Source of the DNA: the human T2T-CHM13v2.0 reference genome, Homo sapiens
Assembly (NCBI RefSeq): GCF_009914755.1
Contig: NC_060931.1
DNA length: 64,000 bases
Direction: 5' to 3' (one strand)
In this document: piece after piece, positions 43,405-55,921 of the stretch
Position numbering within the stretch: position 1 is the stretch's first letter
Layout: each line of letters opens with the position of its first letter
Made by a program: the position numbers and the translations under genes
Notes under the pieces: model-generated
Told to the model about the DNA's origin: nothing
Database searches by the model: none
Seen by the model: only the letters and a program-made list of their open reading frames with translations

Positions 43405-44135
43405 TGACCTAAGTGTCTATCAATGGTTGATTGTATAAAGATAATGTGATATATATACACATTGATATACTATTCAGCCATAAAAAATATCAAAATTGAC
43501 CAGCCACAGTGGCTCACGCTGTAATCCCAGCACTCTGGGAGGCCGAGGTAGGAGGATTGCTTGAACCCAGGAGTTCAAGACCAGCCTGGGCAACATATTG
43601 AGACCTCATCTCTATAAAAAAATAAACAAAATTAGCTGGGTGTGGTGGTATGCACATGTAGTCCCAGCTACTCGAGAGGCTGAGGTCGGAGGATTGCTTG
43701 AGCCCAGGAGGTTGAGGCTGCAGTGAGCCAAGGTTGCAACACTGCCCTTCAGCCTGGGTGACAGACCAAGACTTTGTCTCAAAAAAAAGAAAGAAAGAAA
43801 TTATGTCTTTTGCAGCAGCATGGATGAAACTGGATATCATTATCTCAAGTAAAATAAGCCAGACCCAGAAAGTCATATATCACGTGTTCTGACTCATAAG
43901 TGGGTGCTAAAAAAAAAAAAAATGTTTACGCATGGAGATACAGATTGGAATGATAGAAAATGGAGACTTGGAAGGGTGAAGACGTGAGGGAAGGGATGAT
44001 GAGAAATTACTTAATGAGTATTATTCAGGTGATGGATACCCTAAAAATTCTGAGTTGACCACTATGCAACCTATGCCTGTAACAAAATTCCATGGTACCA
44101 TCATAAATTTATACAAATTAAAAAAAACTTTAAAA
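43405..44135 (+). mobile_element. L1MA2-4-like 3' end interrupted by an AluJ
   Basis: acctaagtgtctatcaatgg..tactattcagccataaaaa..gatggataccctaaaa..gtaacaaaatt. Confidence 0.85.
43498..43800 (+). mobile_element. AluJ
   Basis: ggaggattgcttgagcccaggaggttgaggctgcagtgagc. Confidence 0.95.
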
Positions 44136-45029
44136 CAAATTCATGGTGACTATGTCTTTTCAAATTACAAATAGCTGTATGCATACTTGACATTGCCATT
44201 ACAGCAAATAAAAATAAAAACCTGACAAGTCCACAGGACTTGTGAGCTTGATTAGTCCATCACAAAATTTGAGTCTATTTTATTTTTGCTTACTTTTATA
44301 TCTCCACATCTAATTTCTAAGACTGTTATTATAGCTGTGGAAATTATGGCATGACCTTCATTACATCATGGTGGAAACTTAGAGACTACTGACATTTCAA
44401 AATATTTGAATCATAAAAGAGATGAATCTGCAAACTTAACATTTATAAACTTAGTTCACCTCAATGGGAAGTTTTTATGCTTGTTGTTTTAAACAGACTA
44501 GAGAGCAGGAAGTGAACCACAGGCATAAAACGCATAATTTAGGAATTATTTAATTTTTCAGATTCTACTCAGGTAACCACTGTAATAACTAAAAATATCT
44601 ACAAAAAAGTAAAGATTTAATAGGCTAAAGAGAGAAAAAAACTATACCAAGTACCTATATCTGCATGTGGTTTTTTCTCATAATATTGAATGTAGGTTAT
44701 GTAAAAAAGCTTTACTAAATAAAAAAAAGGCAAACAAATTAGCAAAAAATGAGATAATTATCTGTCATTATTTGAAGTTAATTTCAATTTTTTTGCAGTG
44801 AATAATCCTTTTTTGTGCTCTAGTGTTTAAGACAACTTATATGTCTATATTTCTGTACAAGAAATAATTTTCTAATTTGCAGTGAAAGTTAATGAGTAAC
44901 AAAATAATGAATGGGAACAATGCCTGTCAAAGATTGTGCTATGTATGTATTACTGAAGCACTGGAAATATTACCGTGGCATACTGTTTCTGTTAGAGTAT
45001 TAATAAAATAACTGTCACACACTGTGTTC

Positions 45030-45245
45030 AATGTAAGTCAGACACTGGATAAACACTTCTATATTATCAGTATTAACCCCACCCAAAGCATTTAACGTGA
45101 CATTATGACACCCAGAATACATATGGAGGAATTGAGAAACAGAGGTGAAACAACTTTCCTCCACACCACACAGCTAGTAAGTATAGGAACTGGAAATTTG
45201 AACATATTCTCATTCCAAGTAAATGCACTTAACCACTACCCTGTG
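45030..45245 (-). mobile_element. MIR
   Basis: gaggaattgagaaacagaggtgaaacaactttcc..cacacagctagtaagt..cacttaaccactac. Confidence 0.7.
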
Positions 45246-45274
45246 GAAAGGAGATTCTAAAAGGATGAAATGAT

Positions 45275-46378
45275 CAAACAAAAAATCTTCTACACAGCAA
45301 AGGAAACAATTAACAGTGTAAAGAAACAACCTATAGATTGGGAGAAAATATTTGCAAGCCATACATATGATAAGGGGTTAATAACCAAAATGTATAAGGA
45401 ACTCAAACAACAGCAAGAAAACACATTACCCAATTGAAAAATGAAGGGACTTAAATAGATATTTCTCAAAAGAAGACATACAAATGGCCAAAAGAGACAT
45501 GAAAAATGTCACCACTCATTAGGAAAATGCAAATTAAAATCTCAATAGGATATCATCTCACACCTCTCAGAATGGTTATCATCAAAAGAGGAAACATTGG
45601 GGTTGGCATGAATGTAGAGAAAAGGAAACCCTTATACACTGTATGCAAGTTCCTCAAAAAACTGAAAAATAGAGTTATCATCTGATCCAGCTATCCCACT
45701 ATTCAATATTTACCAAGAGAATTTAAACTAATTTTGTTGAAGAGATATTTAGATTGCCATATTCACTGCAGCACCATTTATAATAGCCAAGTTATGGAAT
45801 CAACTCAAGTGTCCGATCAACCTAAGTGTCCATCCAGATAAATGATTAAAGAAAACAATATATAATATACATACACAAAGAAACATTATACAGTCTTTAA
45901 AAAGAAGGAAATATTGTCAGTTGCAACAACATGGATGGAATTGAAAAGCTTTGTTCTAAAAGAAAACCAGTGTCATGGAAAGACAAATATTCCCAGTTAT
46001 TTGCAGAATCTAAAACAACCTCATAGAAGTGGAGAGTAGAATGGTAGTAGCAGAAGTTGAGGGTTGGGAAAATTGGGACATGATGGTCAAAGGTAACAAA
46101 ATCTCAGTTACCGGAAGAAAGGGTTTTTTTTTTTTCCTCAGTTCTATTGCACAGAGTGGTGAATACAGTTAATAATATTGTATTAAAAAATTTCCAAATT
46201 GCTGAGACAGCAAATTTCAGGTATTTTCACCACACAAAAAATAAGCATTTGAGGTGATGAATATATTGACTGGCTTTATTTATTTGTTCCACATTGCATT
46301 CATAAATGTAACATCACTTTGTACTCAATAGATATATATAAATATTAAATTACTATAAGATAAAATTTAAAAAGAAAA
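45275..46378 (+). mobile_element. L1MA (MA5-7-like) 3' ORF2 and 3'UTR
   Basis: ttctacacagcaaaggaaacaat..gggagaaaatatttgca..gaagacatacaaatggcc..tgaggtgatgaatat. Confidence 0.9.
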
Positions 46379-47763
46379 CAGTATGGTATGAGGTCAGGTT
46401 GCAGCCTCCTAATGTCCTGCAAACTTTTGTTTAACAGAACTTTATTTTTTTGAAGCTTAATAACACAAAATGCCATAGCTTTTTACTCTTCACTTACTCA
46501 AAAAGCCTATCTACTACTAACATGCTAAAATAAGTTAATAGTGTGGGTTACTAGTATTAAATATTCATAAATGGAGATTTGTGCTCTACTAGATTTAACT
46601 GAGAAGCCTGTTTCTACCTGAGTGAGGTTATTACAGAAGGGTTGCCAGATGTATTTTTTTACTTCTGTTTCTGTTATTTGGGCTAGCATCCCTGCACAGC
46701 GCTAACATATCCTCCTCTGCATGTAAATGAAATCCCTCAATTTTTGAGAGAAATGCATTATTTTTGTTCTATCAATTACGTTCTGAATTCTCATTTCCAA
46801 TTGATGTTTTATTTGCCTTGAAAGAATTTTATTGAGGTATAACTGAAAAAATGATTGCATATATTTAAAGTGTACAATCTGATATGTTTTGACGTAAATA
46901 CATCTCATGTAATCATCAACACAATCAAATCAATGAACATCACTCTCGAAAGAAGTTTCTCCATTCCCACTGGTAATTTCTCTCCATTATCTCCATCCTC
47001 TATTCCTGATGTACACAGAACATGACTGATCTACTTTCTGTCGCTGTAGATGAGTTTACACTTTCTAAAATCAATGGACCCAAGCCATACATACCCTTTT
47101 GTCTGGCTCTTTTCGTGAGTTTTGCTTTGTGTACAAATAGTTGATTCATTTTTATTGCTGCGTTGTATTCCATATTTACCTATTGATGGAAATTCAGATT
47201 ATTAGCCAATTTTTTTACTATTATAAATAAACTGCTATAAATATTCTTATAAAAGTCTTTGTACCTGTGGATGCATGCTTTCATTTATCTCGGTAAACAT
47301 GTAGGAGTGAAATACCTGGGTCATATGGTAGTTTTATGTTTCACTCTGTAAAACACGATCAAACAATGTCTGTTGTCCCATGTCAAGTACTACTTTGCAT
47401 CCTATCAGCAATTTTTGAGGGCTGAATTACTCAGCATTCTCACCAACACTTCGTTTTATCACTGTTTTTATTTTAGACATGCTAATAGGTATGAAGAAAT
47501 GTCCAAGGTGGTTTTACTTTGCATTTTCCTAATGACTAGTGAGGTTGAGCATCTTTTCTTGAGCTTATGTGATATCTATGCATCTTCCCTGGTGAAAGAT
47601 CTGTTTAAATCTTTCATTCATTTTATTATGCAGTGTTTCTTTTCTTATTATGAAGTTTTGATCACCCTTTATATATTCTGAATAAAGTCTTTATTAAATA
47701 TGTGATTTGCAACTATCTTCTCCTAGTCTCACTTGTCCTTTCACTCTATTAGCTGCTTCTAGT

Positions 47764-48119
47764 TGATATTGTTTGGCTGTGTCCCCATCCAAATCTCATC
47801 CTGAATTCCCACATGTTGTGGGAGGGATCCAATGGAAGGTAAGTGAGTCATAGGAGCAAGTCTTTCCCATGTTGTTCTCATGATAGTGAATAAGTCTCAT
47901 GAGATCTGATGGTTTTGTAAAGAGGAGTTCTTGTACACAAGCTCTCTGTCTTTGCCAGCTGCCATCCATTTAAGACATAACTTGCTCCTCCTTGCCTACC
48001 ACTATGATTGTAAGGCTTCCCCAGCCATGTGGAACTCTAAGTCCGTTAAAACTCTTTCTTTTGTAAATTGCCCAGTCTCAGGTATATCTTTATCAGCAGC
48101 ACGAAAATGGACAAATATA
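47764..48119 (+). mobile_element. THE1B-like solo LTR
   Basis: tgatattgtttggctgtgtcccc..gaattcccacatgttgtgggaggg..aaattgcccagtctcaggtat. Confidence 0.93.
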
Positions 48120-49445
48120 CTCATGAAAAGAAAATTTTTTAAATTTTGTTGTAGTCCAATTCATCAAATTTTGTTTTAGAGATTGTGGTTTTGGATTGAC
48201 TGATAACCAAATAGATTTTCTGCTTGCTTCTATAATTTTTTTTGGCTTTAGATTTTACACTTAGGTCTGTGAGTAATTTAATGAATTTTTGTATGTTCTG
48301 TAGGGTATGAACCAAACTTTCTTTTTAGACTTACAAAAATATAACTATTTCACAATACATTTTACTGAGAAAAATTATTCTTTTTTCCACCAAATTAGCT
48401 TTGAATATTTGTTGAAAATCAATAGACCATATACATGTGTGTTTATTTCTCAACACTGTATTCTGAGATATTGATCAACTTAGCTATCTCCATGCTGACA
48501 CTACAATGTTTTGAATATTGTAACTTTGATATGTCTTCAAATTAAATATTTCAAGTTTTCCAAACCTACTTTGTTTTTCAGGATTGTTTTTGGCTATTTT
48601 AGGTCCATTTTATTTCCCTATTGATTTTACAATGAGTTCGTCAATATCCACAAAAAAAAAAACCCTCCTGACACTTGAATAAAAATCAGTTGAATTCATG
48701 TGTCAATTTGGGGAGAAATGACATAAACAATATTGAGTCTTTCTACATACAAACACAGTATTTCTCTTCATTTATTTTTCTTTATATTCTCAGCAATATT
48801 TTCAGTTTCAGTGTACAGCTTGAACCTTTACTCATATTTTCCTGAGGTGTTTTAGGTTTTCATGGTATTGTTTCCCAATTTTAATTTCAGTTCCTATTGC
48901 TAGTATATAAAAATGCAATTAATTTTTTATACATTAATCTTATATCCTTCAACTCTGCTGAAAGTTGAAATGTATATGCTTAAGTTGCTTTTTTTATAGT
49001 TTCAAGCAGATTTTTTACAGAAATGATCATATTGCTGTAAAAATAAGACAGTTTTACTTTCCCTATCCAATTCAGATACTTTCTTTTTTTTTACTTGCCT
49101 TATTGCACAGGCTAGAAACTCCAGTGAAATATTGAACAGAGTGAGGAGAACAGATAACCTTGTCTTAGTCCTCATGTTATGGGGCAAGCAATGAGTCTTT
49201 TGTCATTAAATATAATGTTACCTGTAGGATTTTTGTTGATATGCTTTATCATGTTGAGGAAGCTTCCCATATTCTTAGTTTGCTGAGAGTTTTTCTTGGA
49301 ATTAATGTTGGATTTTGCCAGATGTTTTTCTGCACCTATTGAAGTAATCTTTTAAAAAATTTATTCTGTTAATATGGAGGCTTACATTGATTTTTGAATG
49401 TTGATCCAGTATTGTATTTATAAATTAAGCCCCATGGTGTATTAA

Positions 49446-49448
<3 letters not shown>

Positions 49449-49488
<40 letters not shown>
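49449..49488. repeat. (TG)20 microsatellite
   Basis: Direct reading. Confidence 0.97.
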
Positions 49489-49496
<8 letters not shown>

Positions 49497-50174
49497 TTGC
49501 TGAAGTATTTTTAGGAAATTCTGTATCACTGTTTTAGATACACAAGTCTGAAGTTTTCTGTTCACATCTTTAATCTTGGTATCAGAATATGGTCAGACTT
49601 ATATACTAACTATAAACTAATCTCTTCCTAGATTTTCTGGAAAATTTTGTATACATTTGGTATCATTTATTCCCATTAACATAATGGTTTAAATGTTTTG
49701 CATTTTTAATTCTTTTTTGTGCTTTATTCTGGATTATTTCTATTGCTGTATTTTTCCAGATCATATTTTTTCTTCTGCAAAGTCTAATCTGCCTTTAATT
49801 CTATCCAATGTATATTTGATCAAAGACATTGTTGTTGTTTCATCTTTATAAATTTTTTTGAAACTTGTTTATATCTGTCACCCATATCATTTTTTATATC
49901 TGTCACCCATTTATGTCATGTTGAATTTTATCTTGTGGAGTGCTTGCTAATTTTGTATTTCTATAAATATACTTGAACTTTTTTATGCAATGGGGTTGTT
50001 ACTCAGAAAAATTTTGTTCTTTCCCAATCTTTTTTTTAAAGGAAGAACCAGAATACCTTTTAGTTTAAGTTTGGTTTTTCCCTACTCTTCAGATAAGATA
50101 TTTCTGAGTACTGCATTCAACACCCCCAAAATTTTCTTTTTTGATTGTCAGTTTCTAGTACACATTCAATTATG

Positions 50175-50287
50175 AATACTGAAATTTGAATTTTATATAA
50201 TTTTTATGTCATAAAATGCTATTCTTATTTCCATTTTTACTAATATTTTAAAATGTAAAAACTATTCTTAACTTACGGGTTATAGAC
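50175..50287. mobile_element. MER58-like hAT fragment
   Basis: gaaatttgaattttatataatttt..taaaatgtaaaaactattctta. Confidence 0.6.
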
Positions 50288-50289
50288 AT

Positions 50290-51748
50290 TGGGGACTCCC
50301 AGTTCTAGGCAAAATACATTTAACGCATTCTTCCCTGTTTCTCCTTTAGCTAAGAAAAACTAAAAATCTTGGACATTATATATAAAACAAGTATAATAAG
50401 ACTCTGAAAGTTAGAGAGAAGGCAGAATACTAGCTAAAGAACTCAGACCCAAGAAATGACATGGTGGTTTCACAGGGTTTTGTTTGTTTGTGTGTCAGTT
50501 TGTTTGTTTTTTGACCATATATATACCCTGAACTGGGTATTCAAGAGACTGGCAAGTCAGAAACACCAGCGAGGGTTGGGCACAGTGGCTCATGCCCATA
50601 ATCCCAGCACTTTGGGAGGCCAAGGTGGGCAGATTACCTGAGGTGGGAGTTTGAGACCAGCCTGGTCAGCATGGTGAAACCCTGTCTCTACTAAAAATGC
50701 AAAAACTAGCTAGACATGGTGGCAGACACCTGTAATCCCAGCTACTCAGGAAGCTGAGGCAGGAGAATCGCTTTAACCTGGGAGGCGGAGGTTTCAGGAT
50801 TGTGCCATTGCACTCCAGCCTGGGCAACAGAGCAAGACTCCGTCTCAAAAAAAAAAAAAAAAAAAAAAAAAAAGGAAGAGAAAAACAAATAAGAAGTCCC
50901 AAGAAATCCTGGTCTTTTAAGTCAATGCACAAGGAAAGAGGCAGTCTAGCAATAAATAATAAATGCTCTACTCTAGGCAACACCATGGAAAATACTGCAG
51001 CCCTCAAACTCATCTCTGCATCTCTGCTAGCAAAGGACAAATGGAGAGCCTAGTCTTCCAACCTCCCCCAGTTGTAATGAGACACACTTTCTGCTTGCAA
51101 AAGAGGTGTCAGAGAAGGCTAGTGGAGAGACAGTTCTTCTGTCCCTGCCTGAAAGTAATGAGGCCTCCTTAGTAGTGGAGGCCATATAAAAACTAGCAAT
51201 GAGTTACATACTCCTCTACAGAGTATCAATGGAGAGTAACTGGGGAAACTGGATTTTTACTCCCGTTGAGCATTAATGAAGCAATGGCATTCTTCTTTAA
51301 CCGGAGTGATGTCAGAAACATCCTGCTTAAACAGAGGATCCAGAATCTCATAACAAAATGCCCAAAATATCCCCCAGATACAATAAAAAATATTCATTAC
51401 ACCAAAAATTAGAAAAATCACAACTTCTGTAAGAAACAACAATAAAATACAGCACCAGTAAGATGGCATAGATTTTCGAAATATCTGACAAAGATTTTAG
51501 AGCAGCCATCATAAAAATTCTTCAATGACCAATCAAATATTATTAAAAAAAGAATAGGAAGTCTCAGAAAAAAAAAAGTGAGATATAAAGAAGAACCAAC
51601 TAGAACTTTTAGAATTGAAAAACACAATAACCAAAATTAAAAACTCAATGGAAGAGCTAAACAGCAGAATGAAGAGAACAAAAGAAGGAATTGGTGAATT
51701 TGAAGAGACAACAATAGAAATTACTCAACCTAAACAATAAAGATAACA
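50290..51748 (+). mobile_element. Old L1M 5'UTR and start of ORF1, 3'-truncated
   Basis: ORF1 coiled-coil region aaaactcaatggaagagctaaacagcagaatg..ggtgaatttgaagagacaacaatagaaatt. Confidence 0.75.
50574..50873 (+). mobile_element. AluS with small internal deletions
   Basis: Full dimer with long A tail. Confidence 0.95.
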
Positions 51749-51816
51749 TACAGTGGAGTAACACTCACTTTTCTCAACTTCCTCTCTCACATAGTTCTTC
51801 AGCAGACTTAGTTTTT

Positions 51817-52333
51817 GGGGTATATACCCAAAGGACTATAAATCATGCTGCTATGAAGACACATGCACACGTATGTTTATTGCGGCACTATTCACAATAG
51901 CAAAGACTTGGAACCAACCCAAATGTCCAACAATGATAGACTGGATTAAGAAAATGTGGCACATGTGCACCATGGAATACTATGCAGCCATAAAAATGAT
52001 GAGTTCATGTCCTTTGTAGGGACATGGATGAAATTGGAAATCATCATTCTCAGTAAACTATCGCAAGGACAAAAAACCAAACACCACATGTTCTCACTCA
52101 TAGATGGGAATTGAACAATGAGAACACATGGACACAGGAAGGGGAACACCACACTCTGGGGACTGTTGTGGGGTGGGGGGAGGAGGGAGGGATAGCATTA
52201 GGAGATATACCTAATGGTAAATGGCGAGTTAGTGGGTGCAGCACACCAGCATGGCACATGTGTACATATGTAACTAACCTGCACATTGTGCACATGTACC
52301 CTAAAACTTAAAATATAATAATAATAAAAAAAA
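51817..52333 (+). mobile_element. 5'-truncated young L1 (L1PA3-like), ~520 bp
   Basis: aaaggactataaatcatgc; gaaattggaaatcatcattctcagtaaactatcgcaagg; cacactctggggactgttgtgggg; A tail. Confidence 0.93.
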
Positions 52334-52564
52334 GAAGAAATATGAAGAGTAGTTCCCTGAAAACCAATTTTTTGTAGGTTGCTGGAAAAACACTCTCCTG
52401 CCATCCACATATATCTACTTACATATACACACACAAGCAAACATATACACACACCCAGCCCCATCCCACCATAACAACCTCAAAGAAACAAAAGATATTG
52501 ATACTTTCATAAAAGGAGCTGGAACTGGCGAGGTGATTAAGAAAAAATAATACTAAGACCTAAA

Positions 52565-53360
52565 CATGTGGAGGAAAGGGAACCCTTGCACACTTTTGGT
52601 GGTATTGTAAATTAGTATATCCATTTGGGAAAACAGCATAAAGTTTCCTTGAAAATCTAAAAATAGAACAACTGTATGAACCAGCAATTTCATTTCTGGG
52701 TGTCTATCCAAAGAAATTGAAATCAATGTGCCAAAAAGATATCTGCACTGCTTTGTTCATTGCGGCACTGTTCACAATAGCCAAGATATGAAAATTATCA
52801 AAGTTCCCATGAATGGATGAATAGATTTTTTAAAATGTGGTGTATATATACACAATAGAATATTATTCAGCTTTTAAAAAGCAGGATATTCTGTCAGTTG
52901 CAACAACATGGGTCAACCTAGAGGACAACCTAATGAAGTAAGCCAGGCTCAAACAGACAAGTACTGCATGATCTTGCTTATATGTGGAATCCAAAAAAGT
53001 CAAACTCATAGAAGTAGAGAGTAGAATAGTGGTTACCAGGGGCTGGGGGAGAGGGTTGGCAGGGAAAGGGGAAATATTGGTCAAAGAGGACAAAGTTTCA
53101 CTTAGATAAGAGGAATGAAAGTCTAGGTGATCTACTGCACAGCTTGGGTGCCATAGTTAATAATAATAATGTATATCTCAAAATAGCTAAATGAATTGAT
53201 TTTAAATATTCGCATCACAAAGAAATGATTGGTATTTGAGGTGATAGATGTGCTAATTAGCCTGATTTGATCATTTCACACTGTATGCATGTATGGAAAC
53301 ATCACATTCTACCCCATAAATATATGCAATTATTATTTGTCAATTAAAAAATTTAAAAAG
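52565..53360 (+). mobile_element. L1MA (MA6-8-like) 3' end
   Basis: gtggaggaaagggaacccttgcacac..gtcaaactcatagaagtagagagtagaatagtggttaccagg. Confidence 0.9.
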
Positions 53361-54184
53361 CAAGAACAATTATGTCGTGGCATGGGATATGTGTTTGGAG
53401 AAGAAAGAAAGCATTATAAAGGGAACAAAGAGCGCTAAGAAGTAAAAAGGGAGGTAAAGAAAAAGGAGAAGACCATAAATAGGAGAGGACTTAAGCAAAG
53501 TGTGAAACTGACCCTCCTTGTTATTATTATTCTAAGATGTATTAGTGCTGGCTCTTTGTGTTCCTAATTGGTTTCTAGTGTCCCCACAACAGGAAAATAA
53601 TTAATAACAATCAACATGTTCTTTTTCTCAAGACCCAAGAAACATAAATTAAAAACTTAATCAAAAGAATATTAGGCCAGAGATGATAATGACCTGGATT
53701 TATGACATCTGTTTTCCTAGTCATACAACATCAGCCACTAATTAGTTATGTCACTTAACCAAGTACCTTTTTCTTGTAGGATTGACATCCCTCAAGTGGG
53801 ATTTAGAAGTTTCTTATGAATAGAAATGTCGAAAAATATATATATCTATTGTGGTCTTTCAGAAATCAATTTTATGATTGAAAGATAACAATAATGTTGA
53901 ATGAAATTTCCAATGATAATTTTGTATGAGAGTTACTGGTTCAGTTGAAATTACACCATTATTGTGACTAGTCCATTTTCCAAAAAAGGCTGAGCACAGA
54001 TTTTGGTGTTGTCAATAAATACGGAACCATCAGCATCATGATATGAAGAAAAAAATACAAAGGGCAAAAATGTATCTCCAATTACTCACAGTGATGGGGG
54101 TTAATCAAAGCCTACTCAGTGTTAGTTGAAGACTTGGAATTTATTTTTCAATGAAAAAAGTTATTATTAATATGTGAATTCGAA

Positions 54185-54430
54185 TAACAATAGCTATCAT
54201 TTGTCAAGCATTTATTATGAAGTGTTTTGCTAACTGTTTCACATGAGTTCTCTCATTTAATTCTCAAATAATGCCATGGGACATCTCCAATAATTTGTCC
54301 CATTTTTGGGTGAGGAAAGTGCAAGTTAGCAAAGTTAAATAGCATGCCAAAAAATATGCATCTGGAAAAGAGCAAAGTCATAGCAGAAATTTAGGTCAGC
54401 TGATTTTAGAATCTATGATCTTAACAATAG
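54185..54430 (-). mobile_element. MIR
   Basis: tctcatttaattctca..cccatttttgggtgaggaaagtg. Confidence 0.7.
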
Positions 54431-54887
54431 CATATATTCTTCCTAAAAATGTGTTCTCACTAGAATTTTGGTATTGTCACTTTGAATAGAAAAGGTACTG
54501 GGGAACAAAAGGAAGATATCATCTCATGCTTTTCAGGCAAACCTGTCACTGAACTACTTGGAATCAAGCCAAACACTGCTCCAGAAATGATGTATTTATT
54601 AGGGTATTCAGAAGCCTCACATTTGGTTCACCTTTTCAAACACTGATTTCACTTTTACCACAACTTCTGTGGCCTGGAACAAAGCCACTCATAGTATCAC
54701 TAGAGGCAATCATTGTTTTCAGTGGAAGGGCCCCCATTATATATAATGCATTGAACTAAATATACTTTAAAAAATAAATAGAAGAACTCTTTTCCAGAAA
54801 GCAGATTATGATGAACAGTGAGGAGCAAGGAGTAAACACAGAGAGAGGGCTGTACCCACAGTTGGGGAAGTAAAATAAGAAAAGGGG

Positions 54888-55202
54888 GGCCAGGCGCGGT
54901 GGCTCACGCCTGTAATCCCAGCACTTTGGGAGGCCGAGGCGGGTGGATCATGAGGTCAGGAGATCGAGACCATCCTGGCTAACAAGGTGAAACCCCGTCT
55001 CTACTAAAAATACAAAAAATTAGCCGGGCGCGGTGGCGGGCGCCTGTAGTCCCAGCTACTCGGGAGCCTGAGGCAGGAGAAAGAATGGCGTGAACCCGGG
55101 AAGCGGAGCTTGCAGTGAGCCGAGATTGCGCCACTGCAGTCCGCAGTCCGCAGTCCGGCCTGGGCGACAGAGCGAGACTCCGTCTCAAAAAAAAAAAAAA
55201 AA
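54888..55202 (+). mobile_element. AluYb8 variant (human-specific)
   Basis: Yb8 diagnostics ggtggatcatgagg, ctaacaaggtg, gggaagcgg, gagattgcg and the gcagtcc repeat; most CpGs retained; TSD aagaaaagggg. Confidence 0.95.
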
Positions 55203-55220
55203 AAGAAAAGGGGAAGACAG

Positions 55221-55921
55221 TGTTCTCATTGTTCAATTCCCACCTGTGAGTGACAACATGTGGTGTTTGGTTTTCTGTCCTTGCGATAGTTTGCTCAGAA
55301 TGATGGTTTCCAGCTTCATGCATGACCCTACAAAGGACATGAACTCATCCTTTTTTATGACTGCATAGTATTCCATGGTGTATGTGTGCCACATTTTCTT
55401 AATCCAGTCTATCATTGATGGACATTTGGGTTGGTTCCAAGTCCTTGCTATTGTGAATAGTGCCGCAATAAACATACGCATGCATGTGTCTTTATAGTAG
55501 CATGATTTATAATCCTTTGGGTGTATACCCAGTAATGGGATCACTGGGTCAAATGGTATTTCTAGTTCTAGATCCTTGAGGAATCGCCACACTGTCTTCC
55601 ACAATGGTTGAACTAGTTTACGGTCCCACCAACAGTGTAAAAGTGTTCCTATTTCTCCACATCCTTTCCAGCACCTGTCGTTTCCTGACTTTTTAATGAT
55701 TCCCTTTCTAACTGGTGTGAGATGGTATATCACACTGAGGCCTGTCATGGGATTGGGGGTGGGGGGAGGGATAGCATTAGGAGAAATACCTAATGTAAAT
55801 GATGAGTTAATGGGTGCAGCACACCAACATGGCACATGTATACATATGTAACAAAGCTGCAATTTGTGCACATGTACCCTAGAACTTAAAGTATAATAAA
55901 AAAAAAAAAAAAAAAGAAAGA
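55221..55921 (+). mobile_element. L1PA6-like 5'-inverted (twin-primed) insertion: 55221-55728 antisense, 55729-55921 sense with poly(A)
   Basis: Orientation switch at ggtat|atcacac; TSD aagaaaagg(g/a)gaag(a/g)cag at 55203-55220 and 55922-55939. Confidence 0.92.

Larger units (their letters stand above)
46820..50150 (-). mobile_element. Old L1 (L1MD/ME-like) interrupted by THE1B and (TG)n
   Basis: 3' end tttattgaggtataactg; ORF2 remnant LLTLFNISLEFLACAIRQ. Confidence 0.8.

Noticed and set aside
49868-49910. 18-bp direct repeat tttatatctgtcacccat (similar short duplications at ~7014 and ~45805)
   Set aside because: Ordinary slippage duplications with two copies only; not an array
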